Positions 48,966-57,056 of a DNA stretch of 57,676 nt are shown here, one piece after another (position 1 is the stretch's first letter; each line of letters begins with the position of its first letter). Under the pieces are notes generated by a model, which worked only from the letters and a program-made list of their open reading frames with translations, did not search any database and was not told where the DNA came from. The position numbers and the translations under genes are program-made. The stretch is from NCBI GenBank assembly GCA_964608585.1, contig CAZSOL010000001.1, positions 15,990 to 73,665 of the forward strand, given 5' to 3'. Origin of the DNA: an uncultured Candidatus Saccharibacteria bacterium (GTDB taxonomy: Bacteria > Patescibacteriota > Minisyncoccia > Phycocordibacterales > Zambryskibacteraceae).

Positions 48966-50126
48966 ATGAAAATTGCCATGAATATCACCCGCGAACCTTT
49001 GGCGGGGATAACTTCTACCACACTGAGTCTTTTGGACTGCTTACATGGGTCTAGCAACTCTTCTTTTGCTGGGATTGAGCTCAACGCTTTTCGTACTTTT
49101 AAGTCTCCGGTTATATACAGACACCTCTCTCCAGAGTGGTTTAGCCACCACGTGGTGAGTATTTGTGATTTCCCAATCAATAAGATTATAAGAAAATCTA
49201 GAACCCTAAAAGAAGTTGAGCAAAGTTTCAGACCCATCATTGAGACAGTTAGGGAGTTTATCCGTAAGGAGCGCCCAGATGTTTTCCTTATACAAGGAAC
49301 TTATTATGTGCCTTGGGTTATTTCAATTGCGGCTAAGGAAGCAGGGATTCCAGTAGTGCTTTGGTATGCTGGAGTCCTAACGAAAGAGGTTGAGCATATG
49401 ACTCCTCACTTTAAAAAGATATTTCTTGAAATGGAAAGATCTATAGTAAGGAGAGCCAGCAAGATCATCTTCCCATCTAAGGTGTGTAAGGAGATTGTTT
49501 ATGAAAAGATATCAAAATTGCGCACAGTAAAGAACGGAAGCGTTATTCCAAACCCTATTGCTCCAATGTTTACTCGGACAACCAAGATTGAGTTACCTGT
49601 ACAAAACAGAATTGCTTTTATTGGGAGACATACACCTATAAAAAATGTTCAAGAATTTTGCTCAATACACAAAAGACTTTTAAAGGAGGGTTGGGACCAC
49701 ACAGCAACCTTAGTTAGTGATATTAATAAGAGAGATTTAAAGAAGATTCCAAAGTCAATTAAGGTGGTTTCCAGTATGTCTCTTAGCGAATTGGGAACAT
49801 TTTATTCATCACAAGGACTTATTATTAGTCCATCACACTTTGAAACTTTTGGTAACGTCCCCATAGAGGCTGCTTGTGTTGGTATTCCAGTTTTAGTTAG
49901 CCAGAATATGGGTTGTGCCGAGGTTCTAAAGGCATCTGGACTCGAGAGGATGGTTATTGATTTTAGTGACAAAGACCTTGTTGTTTCAAGAATCATAGAG
50001 TTATGTGGACAGCATATTTTACCCAGACAAATTAATAATCTAAAGAAAAGAGTTGATACAAAATATGTGGCAAACGAAATAATGTCAGTTATAAAGTGCC
50101 AACAGAAACGAGAGAGTAAGAAGTAG
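48966..50126 (+). CDS. Glycosyltransferase (GT-B fold, GT4/GT1-like)
   Basis: 386 aa: C-terminal ISPSHFETFGNVPIEAACVGIPVLVS, the E-x7-E-type motif region. Confidence 0.72.
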   Translation: MKIAMNITREPLAGITSTTLSLLDCLHGSSNSSFAGIELNAFRTFKSPVIYRHLSPEWFSHHVVSICDFPINKIIRKSRTLKEVEQSFRPIIETVREFIRKERPDVFLIQGTYYVPWVISIAAKEAGIPVVLWYAGVLTKEVEHMTPHFKKIFLEMERSIVRRASKIIFPSKVCKEIVYEKISKLRTVKNGSVIPNPIAPMFTRTTKIELPVQNRIAFIGRHTPIKNVQEFCSIHKRLLKEGWDHTATLVSDINKRDLKKIPKSIKVVSSMSLSELGTFYSSQGLIISPSHFETFGNVPIEAACVGIPVLVSQNMGCAEVLKASGLERMVIDFSDKDLVVSRIIELCGQHILPRQINNLKKRVDTKYVANEIMSVIKCQQKRESKK

Positions 50127-50194
50127 AATTTGGTTTGTGTAATTGGGTATTTTTGACTATAATATATTTCTTATTATCAGTAATCAAAAATAAC

Positions 50195-50311
50195 ATGGAC
50201 GAGACCAAGAAGTGTCCTGTATGTGGCAATGACCCATGTACTTGCCCAGCGCCTGAGACTCCAGCAGCCCCAGCTCCAGCTCCTGAGACTCCAGCTACTC
50301 CAGCTGAATAG
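50195..50311 (+). CDS. Candidate 38-aa Cys- and Pro/Thr-rich micropeptide (below the ORF-track cutoff)
   Basis: MDETKKCPVCGNDPCTCPAPETPAAPAPAPETPATPAE. It lies 68 nt after the glycosyltransferase stop, and a strong terminator starts 6 nt after its stop. No obvious SD. Confidence 0.4.
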   Translation: MDETKKCPVCGNDPCTCPAPETPAAPAPAPETPATPAE

Positions 50312-50316
50312 TCTAG

Positions 50317-50352
50317 GAAAAAACAACCCCCTCTCGAGGGGGGTTGTTTTTA
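50317..50352 (+). terminator. Rho-independent terminator
   Basis: AACAACCCCCtctcgaGGGGGTTGTT followed by TTT. Confidence 0.85.
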
Positions 50353-50436
50353 TATATCATAGGGATGGTTTATTGGCGGTTGGTGTTATAATCTTCTTAG
50401 AGTTTGCTCTGTCTAATATTCGCTAATTTATAAATT

Positions 50437-51219
50437 ATGAAAAGATTAACACCTTTCTTAGTAGTGTTTGCTCTGCTTGCCTTTGTACAGGTTGCGAGTG
50501 CACAGACTGTTGTCGTCTCTGGTAATACTTCAACAGGGGAGAACCAACCCGGTTGGCTTTTCAACAGAGATGTGACTACCGCAACTCCGTTTGAGTTCAA
50601 TACCAACGCATCAAGTATTGGTAGTGGCAGTCTTTATGTATTACCTATCGGAGTTACTCCAGCTGATAAGTTCATCGGAGAGAACTTTGTAGCAGCCCAG
50701 ATAGCAGACGTAAACTCTATCTCCTATGACTTCATGATAGGAGCTGGTGGAGATGCTACAGACGCTAACCACTTCTACATGAGCGTCTATGCGAACTTCG
50801 GAGTCTCTGACCCAAACAAGTTCTATGATTGTAGATACAACGTGGTGCCTGCAACAGGCTCAACTCTAGACTTTACTACTGTTACCTTTGATCCAACTCT
50901 TTCGTACCCAGTAACCAGAAGCTCTACTTCACCAACAGCATCTTGTCCATCATCTCCAGCAGATATGGGTTCTGGAGCAGTTATTAGAGTCTTTGCGCTT
51001 AACGTAGGCGACACCTCAGCAAGTGATGTCGGCTTAGATGGTTACTTGGACAACGTGGTAGTAGACCTTGCTAGTGGAGCAACGACTTATGACTTTGATC
51101 CAGCTCCTACCACTGCCGTTACTAAGGATGACTGCAAGAATGGTGGCTGGATGACCTTGGGCTTTAAGAATCAAGGCCAGTGCATTAGAGAGTTCAACAC
51201 CAGCAAGGATAGTCGTTAA
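50437..51219 (+). CDS. Secreted hypothetical protein
   Basis: 260 aa. Signal peptide ...VQVASAQ. C-terminal CKNGGW...FKNQGQC motif. Confidence 0.6.
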   Translation: MKRLTPFLVVFALLAFVQVASAQTVVVSGNTSTGENQPGWLFNRDVTTATPFEFNTNASSIGSGSLYVLPIGVTPADKFIGENFVAAQIADVNSISYDFMIGAGGDATDANHFYMSVYANFGVSDPNKFYDCRYNVVPATGSTLDFTTVTFDPTLSYPVTRSSTSPTASCPSSPADMGSGAVIRVFALNVGDTSASDVGLDGYLDNVVVDLASGATTYDFDPAPTTAVTKDDCKNGGWMTLGFKNQGQCIREFNTSKDSR

Positions 51220-51237
51220 CACTTTACTTGTAGGATG

Positions 51238-51275
51238 AAAAGAAAAAGCGCCCAGGTCTGTATGACCTGGGCGCT
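51238..51275. terminator. Hairpin terminator between convergent genes
   Basis: AGCGCCCAGGTCtgtatGACCTGGGCGCT (12-bp stem). The T-run is on the minus strand. Confidence 0.8.
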
Positions 51276-51297
51276 GTCGTTCCTTGACGTGTGGAAG

Positions 51298-51822
51298 TTA
51301 TCCGCCGTAGCCTGCCGGCTTCGCGTGAGCATCCCAGAAGTGGGTGCCGTCGACGGAGCCGTGCGAGAGGACGACTTGGTACTCGTTCCAGATGCAGTAC
51401 CCGCCGTCAGGCAAAGGAGTGCCAGACGCACCACAGGAGCCGACCCACTTGATCTTGTAGTGCCAGCTCTCCTGACTACCGTTCGGTACCTGACCGTTCC
51501 ACTCATTGTTGGTCCAGGCACCGGCGCAGTTCTCGGGAGTGCGGTTGGCGTTGCAGTTCTCCCACGCGCGGTTCCACTTCATGACGAGGTGGTCGTTGGC
51601 GTAGGTCGGGTCACCCCAGACCTTGCCATCGAGCACGCGGTCGACGCCGTCGGCAGCACCGTTGAAGATGCCAGCGACCTCGTTGTAGCCGTACTCGTCG
51701 AAGGCCGAAGCCGTGTTCTCGATCAGGGCGCGAGCCAAGGGAGCCGTGAGAGGCTCCTCGGCGCAAGCGCCGATCACGAAGGCGAAGAGGAAGGCGAGGG
51801 GCATCAGGAAACGCTTCATCAT
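51298..51822 (-). CDS. GC-rich Cys/Trp-rich lipoprotein, function unknown
   Basis: MMKRFLMPLAFLFAFVIGAC (lipobox IGAC) with a TAGGAG SD. A sampled line is about 63% GC, and codons mostly end in G/C. Confidence 0.65.
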   Translation of the reverse strand: MMKRFLMPLAFLFAFVIGACAEEPLTAPLARALIENTASAFDEYGYNEVAGIFNGAADGVDRVLDGKVWGDPTYANDHLVMKWNRAWENCNANRTPENCAGAWTNNEWNGQVPNGSQESWHYKIKWVGSCGASGTPLPDGGYCIWNEYQVVLSHGSVDGTHFWDAHAKPAGYGG

Positions 51823-51879
51823 CCGGTAACTCCTAAATGAAAGTACAGTAGTAGAGACCCCGTGTCGCTACTAACCACT

Positions 51880-51908
51880 ATCTTAATACACTTATTTGAT
51901 ATTGTCAA
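51880..51908 (-). promoter_or_regulatory. Sigma-70-type promoter of the GC-rich lipoprotein gene
   Basis: Minus strand TTGACA-N17-TAAGAT, followed by a ~55-nt leader with a hairpin. Confidence 0.55.
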
Positions 51909-51934
51909 TATCTTAGCAAAAGTCTTGTGTTGGG

Positions 51935-51943
51935 TGGTATAAT
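51935..51943 (+). promoter_or_regulatory. Extended -10 (TGgTATAAT) 7 nt upstream of the ATG at 51951
   Basis: TG at 51935-36 and TATAAT at 51938-43. Confidence 0.5.
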
Positions 51944-51950
51944 GGTTGAT

Positions 51951-52118
51951 ATGGAAAAAATAATTGTCACAAACAACGGTGGTTGTCTTGGATCTTTGTG
52001 GGCGATAGGCTGGCTCTTTACCATAGGATACTTGAAGCTCTCTTTCTGGAAGGGGGTCTTGGCTATCTTTATCTGGCCATACTACATTGGGGTTCACTAC
52101 ACGAAGCACCATAACTAA
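51951..52118 (+). CDS. Small 2-TM membrane protein
   Basis: I prefer the ATG at 51951 (MEKIIVTNNGGCLGSLWAIGWLFTIGY...). The track TTG at 51927 lies upstream of the -10 box. Confidence 0.5.
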   Translation: MEKIIVTNNGGCLGSLWAIGWLFTIGYLKLSFWKGVLAIFIWPYYIGVHYTKHHN

Positions 52119-52128
52119 TTAGGAATTT

Positions 52129-52893
52129 ATGAAGAATATTTTAGCTGTATTGGTAATTTTGGTGTTGGGGGTTGTTGGTTTCTACGCGCTTAACACTTAT
52201 ATCTACGAGGAGAAACAAGCTGACTTTGTCGTAGGAGAGACAGTATCAAAGTCGGGCAAGGTCCTCTCAGTAGATACAACACAAATAGCTTTTGATGGTC
52301 CGTACCTACTCACCCTTGAGTCGGAGGATGGAGAGTTGAATACCATTGCCTTACCATCTATGGGACTTCCACTTTGTGAGGCTTACACAGCAAAGAAGAT
52401 TGGAGACATTAACCTTATTAAGGCTGGTGAGATGATAGATGTGCGAGGTGAGGTGGGTGAAGACGGTTCCATAGTGCCTTGTAACTCAAGTGACCACTAT
52501 CTGACAACTACCCCTATAGTGGTAGATGATTTTGAGGGTGAGGCTGACCCAAGCAAGATGACTTTGGGTATGAAGACGTGGCGTTGGATTAGGTCAGAGT
52601 ACAACGACGGTAGAGTAGTCACTCCTAATATGGCAGACAAGTTCAATCTCACCTTTAACACCGACGGCACCTTTGGGGCGTCTACAGATTGCAACGGCAT
52701 TGGTGGCAACTATACAGCTAAGGACGGTGAGATATCCTTCAGTCAGATGATATCAACTTTGATGTATTGCGAGGGATCACAAGAGAGCGAGTTTAGAGAC
52801 TCTTTGGCAAACTCAACTTCTTATCACTTTACCTCCAAAGGAGAGTTAATTCTTGATCTTAAGTTTGACAGTGGGTCAGTAATTTTTAGATAG
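52129..52893 (+). CDS. Membrane-anchored protein with a C-terminal META (HslJ-like) domain
   Basis: C-terminal half: KTWRWIRSEY...FNLTFNTDGTFGASTDCNGIGGNYTAKDGEISF...MYCEGSQESEF, the META pattern. Confidence 0.62.
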   Translation: MKNILAVLVILVLGVVGFYALNTYIYEEKQADFVVGETVSKSGKVLSVDTTQIAFDGPYLLTLESEDGELNTIALPSMGLPLCEAYTAKKIGDINLIKAGEMIDVRGEVGEDGSIVPCNSSDHYLTTTPIVVDDFEGEADPSKMTLGMKTWRWIRSEYNDGRVVTPNMADKFNLTFNTDGTFGASTDCNGIGGNYTAKDGEISFSQMISTLMYCEGSQESEFRDSLANSTSYHFTSKGELILDLKFDSGSVIFR

Positions 52894-52914
52894 AGCTCGG
52901 TTTTCCTATAGGTT

Positions 52915-52923
52915 TGCTATAAT
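52915..52923 (+). promoter_or_regulatory. Extended -10 (TGcTATAAT) 8 nt upstream of the smc ATG
   Basis: TG at 52915-16, TATAAT at 52918-23, ATG at 52932. Confidence 0.45.
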
Positions 52924-52931
52924 TAGGATAA

Positions 52932-55121
52932 ATGTATCTCAAGTCCATTGAGCTCTCGGGTTTTAAGTCCTTTGCTAAGAAAAGCGAGCTCTCCTTCAGC
53001 TCATCTATATCGGCTATTGTTGGGCCAAACGGGTCTGGGAAGAGTAATGTCGCAGAAGCTTTCCGCTTTGTACTAGGTGAGCAGTCTATAAAGAGCCTCC
53101 GAGGCAAGCGGGGAGAGGATTTGATATTCAACGGAGGAGGTGGAGAGACCAAGTCTAATCGTGCCTCGGTTAAGGTGGTCTTTGACAATAGCAAGAAGAC
53201 TTTTGGTATAGACTTCCCTGAGATTTCCATAGAGAGAGTTGTGCATCGAGATGGAGTTAATGAGTATCTTATAAATGGGAGTCAGGTTCGTCTCAAGGAT
53301 GTTATAGAGCTCTTAGCACGAGCTCACATAGGAGCATCAGGACACCACATCATCTCTCAAGGCGAGGCCGACAGGATACTTAGCTCTACAGACAAGGAGA
53401 GGAAGAGTATTATTGAGGATGCTCTTGGACTGAAGATTTATCAATACAAGAGAGCTGAGAGCGAGAAGAAGCTCGATAAGACTTTTGAGAACATTTCTCA
53501 GGTGGAAGGTTTAAGGAAGGAGATCGCTCCGCACTTGAGATTTTTGAAGAAGCAGGCCGAGAAGATAGAGAAGGCCGAAGGCCTCCGAGAGGAGTTGCTC
53601 AAGTTGAGTCTTGAATATTTCAAACGAGAGAGTGACTACATAGAGAGTGAGAGGTTGGCAGTGAAGCAGGGATTAACACCAATTGAGAGCGCCTTAAAGG
53701 GCTTGCACGAGGAGTTGGCCGAAGCTAAGAAGATTTTAGAAAAAAGCTCTAAGGACAAGGACAAGCATATAGAAGTTCTAGAGCTTGAGAGTGAGATCGC
53801 TGGAGCTAGGGTGCATAAGGATGCTCTTGTAAGAGAGCTTGGTAAGATCGAGGGTCTCATAGGAGCAGAGGAGCGCACCATAGAGAAGGAGAGAGTACTC
53901 TCGGCAAGCGACGATACTAAGATGATAAGGCTTAAGGACGTAGAGAGTCTCTACGAGGAGCTTAGTCTTATCACAGCTTTAGAAAAAATCTTTGAGAAGT
54001 TGCGCGACTTCATCAAAGCAAGGAAGCACGATTTCAACTCTACGGTAATACTTGATGCAGAGAAGTCTCTAGAGAAGTTGTATAAGGACAAGAGTAGGGT
54101 GGAGAGTGATGTGAGAGAGGTTGAGAGTAAGGAAGCAAAGTTAAGGGAGAAGTATGAAGAGTTGAAGCAGAGGATAGAGAAGGACAAGGACTCCTCTCGA
54201 GATGCGGAGAAGGCGGTCTTCCGCATAATGTCGGAGGAGAACGAGCTCTTAGCCAAAAAGCAGGGATTAAAGATTAGGGAAGAACGTTTAGAGTTAGAGG
54301 ACAAGGAGTTCAAGCGTGACCTTGCAGAGCTTGGGCACATGATAGGGCCAGAGGTTTTGAGATATAAGGACGAGTTGCCAGTAGTTTTTGAAGAGCGGGG
54401 CAAGCAAGTAGAGAGGAAGCGAGATCTTGAGAGGCTAAAGATCCGTCTTGAGGAGTCGGGGATTACTGGTGCGGGGGATGTACTCAAGGAGTTTAAGGAT
54501 GTTACAGAGAGAGACGAGTTCCTCGCTCGAGAGCTCTTAGACTTGGAGAAGTCTGCAGAATCTCTCAAAGCTTTGATAAAGGACTTGGAGATCCGTCTCC
54601 ACGAAGAGTTCTCTCAAGGTTTGACCAAGATAAACAAGGAGTTTAGAGAGCTCTTCTCCCTTATGTTTGGTGGTGGCGAAGCCTCACTCTCTCTGGTGAA
54701 GGAGAAGAAGAGAGTCGTAGAAGAGTTAGAGCTTTTGGGTGAGCCCGTAGAAGAAGAGAAGATAGAAGAAGGTCTTGAGATTGCTGTGAGTCTTCCGAGG
54801 AAGAAGATACGAGGGCTTATGATGCTCTCTGGTGGAGAGAGGGCTCTTACCTCCATAGCTCTTCTCTTTGCTATCTCAGCGGTGAATCCGCCACCATTTA
54901 TCATTCTTGACGAGACAGACGCAGCGTTAGACGAAGCCAATTCTAAAAAGTATGGCGACATGGTAGAGAAGCTTTCTAAGCACTCTCAGTTAATCCTTAT
55001 AACTCACAACAGAGAGACGATGTCCCGCGCAGGGATTATCTATGGAGTTACGATGGGCTCTACCGGAGTCTCCAAACTTCTCTCTATTGCGTTTGAAGAA
55101 GCAGTAGAAGTAGCTAAGTAG
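52932..55121 (+). CDS. smc: SMC-family ATPase, unusually short (729 aa), no recognisable hinge
   Basis: N-terminus MYLKSIELSGFKSFAKK...GPNGSGKSNV (Walker A). C-terminus LSGGERALTSIALLFAI...PPFIILDETDAALD (signature plus Walker B). About 430 aa of heptad-rich coiled coil lies between them. Confidence 0.8.
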   Translation: MYLKSIELSGFKSFAKKSELSFSSSISAIVGPNGSGKSNVAEAFRFVLGEQSIKSLRGKRGEDLIFNGGGGETKSNRASVKVVFDNSKKTFGIDFPEISIERVVHRDGVNEYLINGSQVRLKDVIELLARAHIGASGHHIISQGEADRILSSTDKERKSIIEDALGLKIYQYKRAESEKKLDKTFENISQVEGLRKEIAPHLRFLKKQAEKIEKAEGLREELLKLSLEYFKRESDYIESERLAVKQGLTPIESALKGLHEELAEAKKILEKSSKDKDKHIEVLELESEIAGARVHKDALVRELGKIEGLIGAEERTIEKERVLSASDDTKMIRLKDVESLYEELSLITALEKIFEKLRDFIKARKHDFNSTVILDAEKSLEKLYKDKSRVESDVREVESKEAKLREKYEELKQRIEKDKDSSRDAEKAVFRIMSEENELLAKKQGLKIREERLELEDKEFKRDLAELGHMIGPEVLRYKDELPVVFEERGKQVERKRDLERLKIRLEESGITGAGDVLKEFKDVTERDEFLARELLDLEKSAESLKALIKDLEIRLHEEFSQGLTKINKEFRELFSLMFGGGEASLSLVKEKKRVVEELELLGEPVEEEKIEEGLEIAVSLPRKKIRGLMMLSGGERALTSIALLFAISAVNPPPFIILDETDAALDEANSKKYGDMVEKLSKHSQLILITHNRETMSRAGIIYGVTMGSTGVSKLLSIAFEEAVEVAK

Positions 55122-55123
55122 TT

Positions 55124-57016
55124 TTATATAAATGTGAAGTCAAGAGTCTTGCGTTCTAGGTCGGTGTTTAGGAGTTTTACTTTAACCTTGTCGCCTAGAG
55201 AGTACTTCTTGCTAGTACTCTTACCAACCACAGCATAGAGCTTCTCGTTTAGCTCGTAGAAGTCATCGGTCATCTCCTTGAGTCTAACCATGCCGTCGGC
55301 CTTAGTCTCCGCTTCTTCTACGTATACTCCCCACTCAGAGACTCCAGAGACAATAGCGTCAAACTCTTGCCCAACACGCTCACTCATATACTCAACTTGC
55401 TTGTACTTGATGCTTGACCTCTCGGCTTCAGCAGCCTCAAGCTCTCTCTCAGAGGATGCGTCAGAGAGTCTTTGGTACCTTGCTACTTCGTCAGCCTCTA
55501 CTTTGCCGTGCTTTAAGTATCTCTGTAGGAGTCTGTGGACCATAAGGTCGGGGTAACGTCTGATGGGAGAGGTGAAGTGTGTGTAGTACTCAAAGGCCAA
55601 ACCGAAGTGGCCAATGTTGCTTGTAGAGTAGATTGCTTTAGACATACTTCTTATAGAAGCAGTTTTGATCAGAGCTTCGGCTGGAGAGCCTTCCACCGAA
55701 CGGAGCATCTTGGTAATGTCTTCTGCCGTGGTCTCTCCGTCCTTGTGCTTCAGCTCAAAGCCTAAGGCTTTGACAAATGTGGCTAGGTTTATGATCTTCT
55801 CTCTATCTGGCGCATCGTGGATGCGGTAGACCACAGCGGCCTTGTTGTTGCCGTTGGTCATAAGGTGCATATACGCTGCTACTTCTCTGTTTGCTAGAAG
55901 CATGAAGTCTTCCACGAGTTTGTGTGTATCCTTCCTAACCTTTCTAAGGACTTTTATAGGCTTACCCAAGTCATCAAGCACAAACTTTACTTCGTCGGAC
56001 TCAAACTCTATAGCTCCCTTCTTAAACTTCTCCTCTCTTAGTTTGTAAGCAATTTGGTTTAGGGTGTTTAGTTCTTCAAAGAGAAGTCCTTCTTTTTTAT
56101 CCAATATCTCTTGAGCTTCTTCGTAGGTGAAGCGTTTGTCGGAGTTGATCAAAGTTTTACCGAACCATCTTTCCTTGACCTCACCCTTCATATTCATTAC
56201 GAAGATCGCTCCAAATGCATACTTGTCCTCATTGGGGTTAAGCGAACAGAGGTCATTTGAGAGTATCTCTGGGAGCATTGGTATAGTACGGTCTACAAGA
56301 TAGATAGAAGTGCCTCTCTTTATAGCTTCGTCGTCTAAGGCAGTCTTCGGAGTGACGAAGTGAGACACATCTGCAATGTGAACCCCTATTTCATAATCAC
56401 CATTCTCTAATTTTTTTATAGATATTGCGTCATCAAAGTCTTTAGCATCGGCGGGGTCTATGGTAAAGGTGGTTGTCTGTCTAAAGTCCTTCCTATCTAG
56501 AAGATGGTCTTCTTTGGCCCACTTATCCTTCCACTCTTTAGCTTCTTGCTCTACCTCTTTAGGGAAGCCAACTTCAAAGCCAGAGCCATAAACAATAGCC
56601 TCCATCTCGGCATTGTGCTCTCCAGCACGGCCTATGACTTTTATTATTTTTCCTTGAGGACTTTTGAGAGGGTCTGGCCAAGAGATAAGCTCAAGCAAGA
56701 CTTTGTCTCCATTTTTGGCACCAACATTTTCGGTGATGAGGAAGTCTCTATAGACTCTCTTGTCGTCTGGTATGACAAACCCTTCGTCGAAGTCTCCGAC
56801 AAATTGGGTCCTCCTCCTTTTGAGAATCTCAAGCACTCGAGCCTGCTTTCTGCCAAAGCGTTCTTGACTTAGAACTTCTACTTTGACGATATCACCGTTT
56901 AAAGCAGTGTTTATATTTTCTGGTTGAATCTCAAGATCTGTGTCAGTCTCAAGGATGGGGAAGTACCCCACCCCCTTACCTGTTACCTTGATAACTCCCT
57001 CTAGGGTTTTGTCCAT
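55124..57016 (-). CDS. rnr: Ribonuclease R (RNB family 3'-5' exoribonuclease)
   Basis: Cold-shock-like N-terminus, RNB core (TIDPADAKDFDDAISI, YLVDRTIPMLP, FTSPIRRYPDL) and a C-terminal S1 domain. I prefer the ATG at 57016. The track start at 57058 would sit on the rpsP start. Confidence 0.9.
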   Translation of the reverse strand: MDKTLEGVIKVTGKGVGYFPILETDTDLEIQPENINTALNGDIVKVEVLSQERFGRKQARVLEILKRRRTQFVGDFDEGFVIPDDKRVYRDFLITENVGAKNGDKVLLELISWPDPLKSPQGKIIKVIGRAGEHNAEMEAIVYGSGFEVGFPKEVEQEAKEWKDKWAKEDHLLDRKDFRQTTTFTIDPADAKDFDDAISIKKLENGDYEIGVHIADVSHFVTPKTALDDEAIKRGTSIYLVDRTIPMLPEILSNDLCSLNPNEDKYAFGAIFVMNMKGEVKERWFGKTLINSDKRFTYEEAQEILDKKEGLLFEELNTLNQIAYKLREEKFKKGAIEFESDEVKFVLDDLGKPIKVLRKVRKDTHKLVEDFMLLANREVAAYMHLMTNGNNKAAVVYRIHDAPDREKIINLATFVKALGFELKHKDGETTAEDITKMLRSVEGSPAEALIKTASIRSMSKAIYSTSNIGHFGLAFEYYTHFTSPIRRYPDLMVHRLLQRYLKHGKVEADEVARYQRLSDASSERELEAAEAERSSIKYKQVEYMSERVGQEFDAIVSGVSEWGVYVEEAETKADGMVRLKEMTDDFYELNEKLYAVVGKSTSKKYSLGDKVKVKLLNTDLERKTLDFTFI

Positions 57017-57020
57017 AAGT

Positions 57021-57049
57021 TTGCCTACTATAGCAAATTCTGTTAGAAT
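57021..57049 (+). promoter_or_regulatory. rpsP promoter ending 7 nt before the ATG
   Basis: TTGCCT, N17, TAGAAT (57044-49) with TGt upstream, then tcgcccc, then ATG at 57057. Confidence 0.55.
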
Positions 57050-57056
57050 TCGCCCC

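Noticed and set aside
51216-51840. Alternative long ORFs 51235-51840 (+) and 51216-51521 (-) in the third GC-rich island.
   Set aside because: Same reasoning. The 51298-51822 minus-strand frame has an SD, a lipobox, a promoter and a terminator. The alternatives run through the terminator hairpin and are Arg/Val/Gly-rich.
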